A stretch of DNA of 64,000 bases from Macrostomum hystrix (Eukaryota > Animalia > Platyhelminthes): the NCBI GenBank assembly GCA_950097015.1, contig CATNEN010000011.1, positions 5,766,001 through 5,830,000 on the forward strand. The letters run 5' to 3'. The position numbers and the translations under genes were made by a program. Shown piece after piece: positions 12,005 through 25,500 of this stretch; positions within the stretch are counted from its first letter, which is position 1; each line of letters opens with the position of its first letter. The notes under the pieces were generated by a model. The model did not search any database. It saw only the letters and a program-made list of their open reading frames with translations, and was not told where the DNA came from.

Positions 12005-12452
12005 TTAGTTAAAGTTATCTAATAAAACTACTTTGTAGCTTTGTGTGTACTTTTAAAGTACTCGAGCACTTTTTGGGATTTTACCAAACCTGAGTTTAAC
12101 AGGTTTAATTGTCTTTCACAAAATTGTGGTAAGCCTACATTAAGTACAGTGTACACTGAAGTATTTGAGTACAGTAGATATTGAGTAAAGCATTCATAGA
12201 CTCTATTTAAAAGTAATTAAATAGAGAAATGCTATTCATTTCATTAAGGTTAGGAAACGAAAAAAATGCTCAAAAAGTCGATAGGCTTAACCGTTTATTC
12301 AACTTGGTATTTAGTTCTATTGGCCAATTTAGAATCAGAGATAACAACTACACGGCATTGCAGTTACTGCATGGATACATTTAAGCTATGCATAAAACAG
12401 TGAAAGACTAAGAGTTAGAGGTCCTGTTGAATTTAGCGATTTAGGCCCGGCA

Positions 12453-15190
12453 CTAAGCAATGGTCTCCACCTTTTCAGTCCTGGGACCACCGTCGCTTTC
12501 CAACTGTTTGTCTGCCAAGCCCCATACAGACATGCCGCTGTCGGCGCAACGCTGCTGCAACGATGCTAGCAGCTCCTTGTCGAATCGGGCCGCCTCCGCC
12601 GCTGTGAGCTGCTGACGCCAGCCGCCAACGCGACCGCCACGATAAAATCCCATTTTGGGATCATGGGCGCCATAGCTGCGATACCATGAATAGCTGGTTG
12701 TTGGCCGACGGCGCATGCGGTGGAAGTCGCAGAAGCTCACAATCTGGGGTGGGAGGCCAGACGATGTCTTGTTAGATTTCATAGGCCGGTCGAGTTTTCA
12801 GCGCAACAGTGTTCTCACCTGTTCTACCAGCTGATCACTACAGCCAATATATATTGACAGGCAGTGTTCTCACCTGTTCTACCAGCTGATCACTACAGCC
12901 AATATATATTGACAGACAGTGTTCTCACCTGTTCTACCAGCTGATCACTACAGCCAATATATATTGACAGGCAGTGTTCTCACCTGTTCTACCAGCTGAT
13001 CACTACAGCCAATATATATTGACAGGCAGTGTTCTCACCTGTTCTACCAGCTGATCACTACAGCCAATATATATTGACAGACAGTGTTCTCACCTGTTCT
13101 ACCAGCTGATCACTACAGCCAATATATATTGACAGACAGTGTTCTCACCTGTTCTACCAGCTGATCACTACAGCCAATATATATTGACAGACAGTGTTCT
13201 CACCTGTTCTACCAGCTGATCACTACAGCCAATATATATTGACAGACAATGTTCTCACCTGTTCTACCAGCTGATCACTACAGCCAATATATATTGACAG
13301 ACAATGTTCTCACCTGTTCTACCAGCTGATCACTACAGCCAATATATATTGACAGACAATGTTCTCACCTGTTCTACCAGCTGATCACTACAGCCAATAT
13401 ATATTGACAGACAATGTTCTCACCTGTTCTACCAGCTGATCACTACAGCCAATATATATTGACAGACAGTGTTCTCACCTGTTCTACCAGCTGATCACTA
13501 CAGCCAATATATATTGTCTGACAGTGTTCTCACCTGTTCTACCAGCTGATCACTACAGCCAATATATATTGCCTGACAGTGTTCTCACCTGTTCTACCAG
13601 CTGATCACTACAGCCAATATATATTGACAGACAGTGTTCTCACCTGTTCTACCAGCTGATCACTACAGCCAATATATATTGACAGACAGTGTTCTCACCT
13701 GTTCTACCAGCTGATCACTACAGCCAATATATATTGACAGACAATGTTCTCACCTGTTCTACCAGCTGATCACTACAGCCAATATATATTGACAGACAAT
13801 GTTCTCACCTGTTCTACCAGCTGATCACTACAGCCAATATATATTGACAGACAATGTTCTCACCTGTTCTACCAGCTGATCACTACAGCCAATATATATT
13901 GACAGACAGTGTTCTCACCTGTTCTACCAGCTGATCACTACAGCCAATATATATTGACAGACAATGTTCTCACCTGTTCTACCAGCTGATCACTACAGCC
14001 AATATATATTGACAGACAATGTTCTCACCTGTTCTACCAGCTGATCATTCGGCTCGCCCAGACCTAGAAACTGAGCAATCCTTCGTACACAATGCCCAGT
14101 GTCCGCTTGCAACTGTTCGTATGTGATAAACAGCACCTGTTTGGGTCTCTCAATGCTGTAGAACCAATATGGCATCACGTGATCAGGCCAGGGACCGTAA
14201 GGCAGCGGCCTGCTAGAGCAGTCAACAAATCTATCAGCGAAATCCCTCAGATCACCGGTGTAGCCAACCAGAGGCCGAAGCATGCGGAGAAAGTAATAAT
14301 AGGAGACTGCGGTGTCCTTGGGACAGCGGGCCAGATAGATCACCTGAGTGGAGAAACAGAGCATTTTGTTCATTTCATTGTGCATGAGACGACAGCGAGC
14401 AGATTTTATCGCTTCGATTTTCTGTCACTTTTCTTTTCCTGGTCAAGGAAAATTTAAGATTTCCTTAGGAACATTGCACTCCATTTACATATTAATTGCG
14501 TCAAAAGTGTGTTCGCGTTCCAGTCGTTCGTGAACCTGACTGACCTTGGTCTCTGCTTGTGTCTCCTTATCTCCGGCTGTGACGGCCCTCGGCAGCAGGC
14601 CCCAGGGCAGGTGAGACTTGATGAATCTCCGAGTAGTTGGCACAGACCAGCGCTCAATAGCCGCTAGTCCCGGGTAGGGATATTCCAAATATGGAAATCG
14701 ATCCTCGATGCTGACAGTTGCCGCAGTTTTCCAGTCAAAGTCTGTAGCCAGCATGAATACAAGCTCCTGCAGCCAGGTGGTTCCGGCCTTTGGAAATGAG
14801 ACAACAAAAATATCACCCGGCCGCACTGGCATAGAAGCCACATTGTCTAGAGCTCGATAAACATCAGTTGGCAACCAACAGAAACTGTCAAGCCCACTTT
14901 GGCTGCCATTGTTCACCTCAGCTCGGACAAACTGCACCGACTCGAACTGACTATCCCGAACTAGCTTGGATCGCCAACGCTGTCTGGCTTGCAAGCAAAC
15001 CCAACCAATGGCACCTGAAGCCACAGTGGCGCAGAAAGCTACTAATGCTACTGCTCGAGTACTTGAACTGTAGCCACTGCTGTTGTTGTTATTGTTCTTG
15101 TTAGGGCCACAACTGCTAAGACGACTGAGGCATCGGCTGATGGTAAACCAATATTTTTGGTGATGAGCCTGAAGATTAAACACCAAGGAA
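12453..15190 (-). CDS. Cytosolic-type sulfotransferase (SULT4A1/SULT1-like) with N-terminal extension; start exon uncertain (candidate 15349-15336)
   Basis: Exons ~15190-14545, 14343-14029, 12743-12453; 5'-PSB FPKAGTTWLQE, IKSHLP, 3'-PB IYLARCPKDTAVSYY, C-terminal RGGRVGGW; LEYPYPGL resembles SULT4A1 LEYPQPGL. Confidence 0.9.
12808..14047. repeat. 55-bp tandem array built from the SULT exon tail + donor
   Basis: CAG|GTGAGA recurs at exact 55-bp spacing from 14027 to 12817 (1210 = 22 x 55). Confidence 0.97.
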
Positions 15191-17477
15191 CTGGCAAAGA
15201 AGTAGGTTTGGCCTAACTGGGATATAAAGCGATTCTACTTGCTTATAACAAAAAACTGCATAAAAGAAGTAAAAATGAAGTATAGATGCAAACAGAGAAT
15301 AGAAGAGACTGAACATGTGCTTGACCAATAGTCACATGTAAGCCGGCATCTGGGTTTTAGCCAGCTATTTGGTGCTTCAGGTTGAAATCTGGAGTGCCAA
15401 ATCAAAACTCAAGGAGCAAGCTAGCCTGGTTGGCACCCATCAACATTTTTAATGCATGCTAAATTCTTACACTCTACATCTTAAACTCATTTTAATCCTT
15501 CAATTTTACTTCTTTTAAATTTCTATTTTTTAATAGAACATTTTGAGAAAAAAACTATGAATTCTTAGAAACTTTCAAAATTTTTGTTTTTTAGTTTTCT
15601 TTAATATATTCTGGGATCTATAAATGTTTTTGTCATTCTGATAGTTGATAACTCTATTGACTTCATTTTCATCCAAAATGTATAATTAAAAGTTTTATCA
15701 TCCATTAAAAATCATCTTTAGGTGCCAAATGAAATTTTGGTGAACCATAGGCCCTAGCACTTATTTAGCTCAAAAACACAGGCCAGCCTTAATAATACCT
15801 CCATAGAGCTTTCTAGACTTATGGACATATGGCACAGCTACTTAGAAATAGCTATAATAGGAAGAATAAGAATTAAGGAGTTAAAATATACTTTGTTTGC
15901 TATATATAGGCCTATATAAATAAGAGTTCATTAATAAGACCCTTTGTAAGCCTATGAAAAACTTTGAGAGTATATGACTATCAAGGTTGGAATGTATTGG
16001 CCATCAATGAGATTTTAAAGAAAATCATATAGTAAGAATGAAAAAAAAATTTGCTACCACAAGGCATAAATTGATATTTTTATGCTAGCCACACAGTATT
16101 ATTGTTATCAAAATAGTAATACAATTATAGGCTAGCCCATAGAATAGTTTTTTAATAAATTTTCTGCTTAAATTAGATTCTTAGAGTCCTTGGCATTAGA
16201 CCATATTTTTTAGTATAAAATAGATTATTTTAGGGGCACATTTGGGCAGGCCATGTCCATAAGCCATAAGGGACTCACAGGCAAAGTGGCCAGCCATAAT
16301 AATTGATTTATTGCTTATCCTATGATTTAAATTTTTGGTAAAAGCAAAAACATTAAGCCTTGTATCAAAATTAAATTCCATGGTACACTTTTGTGACCTT
16401 TTGTCTCCCACCTCAGAATGTACTCCTCATGTGCCAACTTTCCCAGAAGATAGCTTTGGAAACTTTCTATTATGATGACTGTCTGATATTGTGTTTTATG
16501 TAATATTATTTTTCAAGAGCTTTGACCTGTTCTATTGCTATAGGTCGAATATACTTGCTTTTGTTGAATAGGCCCTAGGTTAAAATTTGGGGTCAAAATA
16601 ATGTAAGGCAGAAAACTAGGAAATTACAAATAGGTAATATATGGTAGTTAGAACTATTTCGGAATAAACAGGCAAACTTAAATATTATATTTTAAAGAAA
16701 TTATATTAAATAATAAAAGTGATTAACATTGTGATGTAAAAAACATGAAAAGTTCATGCTAGTGCATTTTCCGTGAAAAGAAGCCTTTTTAATGTATTTT
16801 CTAAGAAACGAAGTGTCGCGTCCTTCTTCTAGTAGTCCTTGAGTCGTAAACGCACCTCAAATTGTAAAAAGAAAGTGCATATGCAGGAATTCCATAAGAA
16901 ACAAGCACCGTCTTTGACCATTATTTTAGTTCATTTCGCATCAAACATAATCTGCAGCGTGTCAGAAAACGTTGCCTTCATGCTGAAAGTCAGCGCATCA
17001 TTTTTGCGATTCACGCCCATTTCACGGCAACAGAATAGGTGCCAACGAATCCGATAGTTGAGGACTGGTCCGGAAGCGTTGAGTTTGAGTTGATTTGAGT
17101 TTTAACTATGTCGATGCTTTCTTTCTCTTGCTCCTGATCTGTTTTAGAATCCAGTGCAGTACTCGTACATTGTCAATTTTCGACTCAGCCGAATCTTGCA
17201 GAGCCGCACCAAGTCTCAGTTTTGCCGCTGTCGCCCTGACCAGAAGAAACAGGCGGCCGCGTAGGATGTGCAAATTTCAACACCCAGACTCCAGCAGGCA
17301 CACGCAGTCGGTAAGCAGCTCGCGATCGTTTGCCTCGGACTTTTTCACCTGCTGCTGGTCAATGGTGAAACTGTTTATTTTGACGTCTGCCATCGAGGCC
17401 TGACTGCTCGATGGTGTTCGCGGTGGAGCTGTTGGCGCTGCTACTGCGGTCTTATTTTCAGAGACAAAATAAATCAA

Positions 17478-18142
17478 CTCTGTCAATTAGGGATCTGTCT
17501 GTCAATTAGGGATCTGTCTGTCAATTAGGGATCTGTCTGTCAATTAGGGATCTGTCTGTCAATTAGGGATCTGTCTGTCAATTAGGGATCTGTCTGTCAA
17601 TTAGGGATATGTCTGTCAATTAGGGATATGTCTGTCAATTAGGGATCTGTCTGTCAATTTGGGATCTGTCTGTCAATTAGGGATCTGTCTGTCAATTAGG
17701 GATCTGTCTGTCAATTTGGGATCTGTCTGTCAATTAGGGATATGTCTGTCAATTAGGGATCTGTCTGTCAATTAGGGATATGTCTGTCAATTAGGGATCT
17801 GTCTGTCAATTAGGGATCTGTCTGTCAATTAGGGATATGTCTGTCAATTAGGGATATGTCTGTCAATTAGGGATATGTCTGTCAATTAGGGATCTGTCTG
17901 TCAATTTGGGATCTGTCTGTCAATTAGGGATCTGTCTGTCAATTAGGGATCTGTCTGTCAATTAGGGATCTGTCTGCCAATTTGGGATCTGTCTGTCAAT
18001 TAGGGATCTGTCTGTCAATTAGGGATCTGTCTGCCAATTTGGGATCTGTCTGTCAATTAGGGATCTGTCTGTCAATTAGGGATCTGTCTGTCAATTAGGG
18101 ATCTGTCTGTCAATTAGGGATCTGTCTGTCAATTAGGGATCT
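17478..18142. repeat. 19-bp minisatellite TCTGTCTGTCAATTAGGGA
   Basis: About 35 units. Confidence 0.95.
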
Positions 18143-18924
18143 ATTTGCATGTCATGCAGTCTGTCTAAGCTTTCAACAGAAATAAAACAGGCGTGAAAGA
18201 ATTCTAATAATTGTCACACAAGTAGATACTGAATGATTTCAGCCACATTCGCTGATGACAGATCTTCCAGGCACAAAAATTGTAAATCTCGATTCAATTA
18301 ATTTGAAAATTCGCAAAGAGCACTTAATATAAAAAATTGTAGTTTAAAAAAAAGAAACTCTAGAATTGTTTTTTTTACTAGGAAGACGTCAAAAATAATT
18401 TTTTTGAAAAGTAGTATTTTTTAAAACAATTAAAAGCCAGTTTTAAAAAATAAATCGAATGTTCAGTTGTCAAAACAGATATTAAAAAGTTAGCACATGC
18501 GATAAAAAGTAAAAAAATTCATTTTACTAAAAAAAACTGTTTTGTCAATTAAACAGAGAAGCAGTTTCTCACGAAAACGTCTTTTTGGTTATTAAAATGC
18601 GCTTTACCCTACTCGTGTCGGTGAAATCAGTAGCATGGTTAGTGTCAGTATTAACTGTTTAACACTGTTTCTTAGTATACGTGATTAAAAGGAAAAAGAT
18701 TCGATAAATCGATAAAATAATCTGGGTGTGTTAATGATTGGTTAGAAGTCGACTTAACAATATAAATATACTTTCATTAACATACTGCAAAACAAGATTA
18801 GCGCACAATTCAAATATTGGCCTAATTTGTTGCAATTTGAAGAAAAATAGACAAATATTCTTTTGACTGCCCGATAAAAACTGCGATGCTTTCTTGAGTC
18901 GTTTAAAACACAATTTTTAATACT

Positions 18925-19487
18925 AAAACCCTTCCGTAACACCTCAAACCCTTCTGTAACAACTCAAAACTCTTCTGTAACAACTCAAAACCCTGCTGTA
19001 ACAACTCAAACCCCTGCTGTAACAACTCAAAACCCTTCTGTAACAACTCAAACCCCTGCCGTAACAGCTCAAAACCCTTCTGTAACACCTCAAACCCCTT
19101 CTGTAACAACTCAAACCCCTTCTGTAACACCTCAAACCCCTTCTGTAACACCTCAAACCCCTTCTGTAACAACTCAAAACCCTTCTGTAACACCTCAAAC
19201 CCCTTCTGTAACAACTCAGAACCTTCTGTAACAACTCAGAACCTTCTGTAACACCTCAAACCCCTTCTGTAACAACTCAAACCCCTGCTGTAACAACTCA
19301 AAACCCTTCTGTAACAACTCAAAACCTGTATGTAACAACTCAGAACCTTCTGTAACAACTCAAACCCTGCTGTAACAACTCAAACCCCTTCTGTAACAAC
19401 TCAAACCCCTGCTGTAACAACTCAAAACCTGTATGTAACAGCTCAAAACCCTTCTGTAACAACTCAAAACCATTATGCAACACCTCA
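18925..19487. repeat. 21-22-bp minisatellite AACAACTCAAAACCCTTCTGT
   Basis: About 26 units just 3' of the convertase stop. Confidence 0.93.
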
Positions 19488-19538
19488 AATGCTTTAAAAA
19501 CGACCTTAGACGCGGCGCCTGGTTTCTATCGGGCTAAG

Positions 19539-22500
19539 TCAGAGGGCAGAATCGATCTGGCCAAGCAGGAAGTTCAAATCCCAGCTAGTAACACCGCTCT
19601 TGGCAACCACCTGGCGCGCCTCGTTGACAATGCCAGCAAGACGGACGCCGCCTTCGTTGTCGTCATCGAGTAGAAGGGCGTCATTCAGCCGTTTGGACAA
19701 TCCAGCCAGCTCCGGGTGCAGGACCTCCTGGGCGGCCGAGGCCAATCGCTGGCTTCTGAACGCGGACTTGGTCTCTTCCGCCGTCAGCCAACGAGCACGC
19801 CGAGGCTTCACCGGAGGCAGCCGATCGCTGCCGATGGTCGAGGAGCCCAGCAGTCTCAGGCTGGCTTCAGTGACCACCGCTCTTCCACCCTTGCTTCGGT
19901 CGCGAATTCTGAGAAGCCAACGACCTGCCGGGTTCTCGTCCCAGCTCAGCAGGGATAAAAAGGTCTGAGAAATGGCGGGCGGCGATAAATGAAATTGCAT
20001 TCAGCTCTGCATTAACTGGAGGGACGCCACACCCACCCTCAGTCACCCCAGCTGATGCTGGCACCCATTTAACAGCTGGGTGAACAGAAACAATGCAGAG
20101 TTAAGTGTCTGGCTCAACGAAACAAACTGTTCGATCAGGGTCGGAAATCGAACTTCCGACCTTTAAGTCAAAAGAAAGACGCCTTTTTTAAACAGATTTG
20201 GAATTTAACTTTTGACGTAGTTGAAATTTTCCTTCGCAAAAAACTTGGGAGTTACCCCGGGAGACTTACGGATATTTCCGCAACTAACTTTGGAATCCCC
20301 TTACAGAATTAGGATTTTTACTAAAGGCAATTGGGATTTCCCTTACTAAACTCGAGATTTCTCTAAAGATTTTGGATTTACTTCAGTAGACTAAGGATTT
20401 CTTTAAGCAGAATTGCGATTAAATTTAATAGACTTGGGATTTCCCCGAATAAACTTGGGTTTCGTTTAAAAGAGTTATGATTTCCCTCATTTGAGTAGGG
20501 ATTTGGGATTTCCCAAACTAGACTATGGATTTCCCAAACTAGACTTGGGGTTTCCCAAACTAGACTTGGGGTTCCCAAACTAGACTTGGGATTTACCTAA
20601 ACAGCTATGGGATTTTCCTGCATAAACTTGGGTTTCCTTTAAAAGAGTTATGATTTCCCTCAATAAACTTGGGATTTCCCAAACTAGAATTGGGATTTCC
20701 CTGAACAGGATTTCCTCCATAAACTTGGGAATTCCCCGAATAAATTTGGGTTTCGTTTAAAAGAGTTATGATTTCCCTCAATAAACATGGGATTTCTCAA
20801 ACTAGACTTGGGATTATCCTAAATAGATTTTGGATTTCCGTAAAAAGAATTGGAATTTCCCAAAATAGAATTAGGATTTCCCTAAATAGACTTGGGATTA
20901 CCAAGACTACCCAAATCTGCACAGTCACCTGTTTCTGAATGCCCACTCGGTGGTCCTTATCCCTCGGCCTAGGTCCTAGTAGCCGCGCCTTGGTTCCAGA
21001 CGGGGACTCGAGCCAGATCTCCACTCCGCCCCGCTGGGCCATGCCGCGCATGGACAGGGTGACCAATGCGTGCTCCAGGCGAGCCAGGGTGCCGTTGCAG
21101 CCCCGACTGTCGAATGGCAGCGTCAGAGGCCGTCCGCGGGGGACCCGGCTGAAAACGGAATGGGCAACGCGAATTAGGAAGAAATTCTGAGATCCCATTC
21201 TAAAATTCCCAGATCCCATTCTAAAATTCCCAGATCCCATTCTAAAATTTCCAGATCCCATTCTAAATTCCAAGATCCCATTCTAAAATTCCCAGATCCC
21301 ATTCTAAAATTCCCAGATCCCATTCTAAAATTCCCAGATCCCATTCTAAAATTCCCAGATCCCATTCTAAAATTCCCGGATCCCATTCTAAAATTCCTAG
21401 ATCCCATTCTAAAATTCCTACATCCCATTCTAAAATTCCCAGATCCCATTCTAAAATTCCCGGATCCCATTCTAAAATTCCTAGATCCCATTCTAAAATT
21501 CCTACATCCCATTCTAAAATTCCCGGATCCCATTCTAAAATTCCCAGATCCCATTCTAAAATTCCCAGATCCCATTCTAAAATTCCCAGATCCCATTCCA
21601 AAATCCAAGATCCCATTCTAAAATTCCCAGATCCCATTCTAAAATTCCTAGATCCCATTATAAAATTCCTAGATCCCATTCTAAAATTCCTGGATCCCAT
21701 TCTAAAATTCCTAGATCCCATTCTAAAATTCCTAGATCCCATTCTAAAATTCCTACATCCCATTCTAAAATTCCGATCCCATTCTAAAATTCCCAGATCC
21801 CATTCTAAAATTCCGATCCCATTCTAAAATTCCGATCCCATTCTAAAATTCCGATCCCATTCTAAAATTCCGATCCCATTCTAAATTCCTAGATCCCATT
21901 CTAAAATTCCTAGATCCCATTCTAAAATTCCTAGATCCCATTGTAAAATTCCCAGATCCCATTCTAAAATTCCTAGATCCCATTCTAAAATTCCCAGATC
22001 CCATTCTAAAATTCCTAGATCCCATTCTAAAATTCCCAGATCCCATTCTAAAATTCCCAGATCCCATTCTAAAATTCCTAGATCCCATTCTAAAATTCCC
22101 AGATCCCATTCTAAAATTCCCAGATCCCATTCTAAAATTCCCAGATCCCATTCTAAAATTCCTACATCCCATTCTAAAATTCCCGGATCCCATTCTAAAA
22201 TTCCCAGATCCCATTCTAAAATTCCCAGATCCCATTCTAAAATTCCCAGATCCCATTCCAAAATCCAAGATCCCATTCTAAAATTCCCAGATCCCATTCT
22301 AAAATTCCCAGATCCCATTCTAAAATTCCCAGATCCCATTCTAAAATTCCTAGATCCCATTCTAAAATTCCTACATCCCATTCTAAAATTCCGATCCCAT
22401 TCTAAAATTCCCAGATCCCATTCTAAATTTCCGATCCCATTCTAAAATTCCGATCCCATTCTAAAATTCCGATCCCATTCTAAAATTCCGATCCCATTCT

Positions 22501-25500
22501 AAATTCCTAGATCCCATTCTAAAATTCCTAGATCCCATTCTAAAATTCCTAGATCCCATTCTAAAATTCCTAGATCCCATTCTAAAATTCCTAGATCCCA
22601 TTCTAAAATTCCTAGATCCCATTCTAAAATTCCGATCCCATTGTAAAATTCCCAGATCCCATTCTAAAATTCCTAGATCCCATTCTAAAATTCCCAGATC
22701 CCATTCTAAAATTCCTAGATCCCATTCTAAAATTCCCAGATCCCATTCTAAAATTCCTAGATCCCATTCTTAAATTCCCAGATCCCATTCTAAAATTCCC
22801 AGATCCCATTCTAAAATTCCCGGATCCCATTCTAAAATTCCTAGATCCCATTCTAAAATTCCTACATCCCATTCTAAAATTCCCGGATCCCATTCTAAAA
22901 TTCCCAGATCCCATTCTAAAATTCCCAGATCCCATTCTAAAATTCCCAGATCCCATTCCAAAATCCAAGATCCCATTCTAAAATTCCCAGATCCCATTCT
23001 AAAATTCCTAGATCCCATTATAAAATTCCTAGATCCCATTCTAAAATTCCTGGATCCCATTCTAAAATTCCTAGATCCCATTCTAAAATTCCTAGATCCC
23101 ATTCTAAAATTCCTACATCCCATTCTAAAATTCCGATCCCATTCTAAAATTCCCAGATCCCATTCTAAAATTCCGATCCCATTCTAAAATTCCGATCCCA
23201 TTCTAAAATTCCGATCCCATTCTAAAATTCCGATCCCATTCTAAATTCCTAGATCCCATTCTAAAATTCCTAGATCCCATTCTAAAATTCCTAGATCCCA
23301 TTGTAAAATTCCCAGATCCCATTCTAAAATTCCTAGATCCCATTCTAAAATTCCCAGATCCCATTCTAAAATTCCTAGATCCCATTCTAAAATTCCCAGA
23401 TCCCATTCTAAAATTCCCAGATCCCATTCTAAAATTCCTAGATCCCATTCTAAAATTCCCAGATCCCATTCTAAAATTCCCAGATCCCATTCTAAAATTC
23501 CCAGATCCCATTCTAAAATTCCTACATCCCATTCTAAAATTCCCGGATCCCATTCTAAAATTCCCAGATCCCATTCTAAAATTCCCAGATCCCATTCTAA
23601 AATTCCCAGATCCCATTCCAAAATCCAAGATCCCATTCTAAAATTCCCAGATCCCATTCTAAAATTCCCAGATCCCATTCTAAAATTCCCAGATCCCATT
23701 CTAAAATTCCTAGATCCCATTCTAAAATTCCTACATCCCATTCTAAAATTCCGATCCCATTCTAAAATTCCCAGATCCCATTCTAAAATTCCGATCCCAT
23801 TCTAAAATTCCGATCCCATTCTAAAATTCCGATCCCATTCTAAAATTCCGATCCCATTCTAAATTCCTAGATCCCATTCTAAAATTCCTAGATCCCATTC
23901 TAAAATTCCTAGATCCCATTCTAAAATTCCTAGATCCCATTCTAAAATTCCTAGATCCCATTCTAAAATTCCTAGATCCCATTCTAAAATTCCGATCCCA
24001 TTGTAAAATTCCCAGATCCCATTCTAAAATTCCTAGATCCCATTCTAAAATTCCCAGATCCCATTCTAAAATTCCTAGATCCCATTCTAAAATTCCCAGA
24101 TCCCATTCTAAAATTCCTAGATCCCATTCTTAAATTCCCAGATCCCATTCTAAAATTCCCAGATCCCATTCTCAAATTCCCAGATCCCATTCTAAAATTC
24201 CTAGATCCCATTCTAAAATTCCTACATCCCATTCTAAAATTCCCGGATCCCATTCTAAAATTCCCAGATCCCATTCTAAAATTCCCAGATCCCATTCTAA
24301 AATTCCCAGATCCCATTCTAAAATTCCCAGATCCCATTCTAAAATTCCCAGATCCCATTCTAAAATTCCCAGATCCCATTCTAAAATTCCTAGATCCCAT
24401 TCTAAAATTCCTTGATCCCCCATTCGAAGAATGAAAAATCCCATTCCAAGAATCACAGATCCCATTTTAAAAATTCGGCTCACAATTTCCCCTTGAAAGG
24501 CTTGGCGTCGCGGCAGTCCACCTGAGCTGGCACACCTGGCCAGGTCTGAGCGTTGAACACCAGCCTGGCGCAGTCGAGCAGCCCAAATCCGGCGTGATGC
24601 GACACGTGATGACCGGCGCCGTTCACCTGCCAGGCCCGAATTCCTGAACTGCCAGCCGAGCTTGGCAGCCGGGCGCTCCTAGCCAGCAGGTGTTGAATGT
24701 CGCGCCAATTCAAACTGGGATTAGCCTGCAGGGCCAGGGCGATGCAGGCCGACACCAGCGGGGTGGCCGCGCTTGTGCCGGACATTGCGTTGAAGCAGCC
24801 GCCGTTAACCGAGGTTGTGGTGACCAGGGGATCCGGCAGATGCGATTTCTTAGAATGCTTCCCGCCAACCGGGGCGGCCACATGAATAGCCGAGCAGCTC
24901 TCGCCGTACAGCGGAGTTCGGCCGTAGATGTTCAGGGCACCGACAGCGATGGTGAAGGGACTGTTGACAAAGCCGTCCGCGCCGCAGTTGTCTCCGTGCT
25001 GACCGCCTGGGCGTTGCGGATGGTACAAAGAGCGGAGTAGAACAAAGAGCGGATTTGTTAAAAATGGGGGGCGGAACAGAGAGTGGAATATTTGAAACAG
25101 GGGGGGCGGAACAAACAGAGGATTTGTTGAAACATGGGGTGAAACAGAGAGCGGGTTTATTCAAACAGGGGCGGAACAGAGAGCGGGTTTATTCAAACAG
25201 GGAGCGGAACAGAGAGCGGGTTTATTCAAACAGGGGCGGAACAGAGAGCGGATTTGTAGAAACAGGGGGGGCGGAACAGAGAGCGGATTTGTTGAAACAG
25301 GGGCGGAACAGAGAGCGGATTTGTTGAAACAGGGGCGGAACAGAGAGCGGTTTTGTTGAAACAGGGGGGCGGAACAGAGAGCGGATTTGTTGAAACAGGG
25401 GCGGAAGAGAGAGCGGATTTTTTTAAACAGGGGGCGGAACAGAGAGCGGATTTTTTTAAACAGGGGGCGGAACAGAGAGCGGATTTGTTGAAACAGGGGG

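Noticed and set aside
12808-14047. CRISPR array interpretation of this or any other array
   Set aside because: No unique spacers, no cas genes, eukaryotic context.
21174-24483. (MGSGNFR)n / (ILEWDLG)n ORFs
   Set aside because: They are 21-bp satellite translations within a phase-consistent convertase intron.
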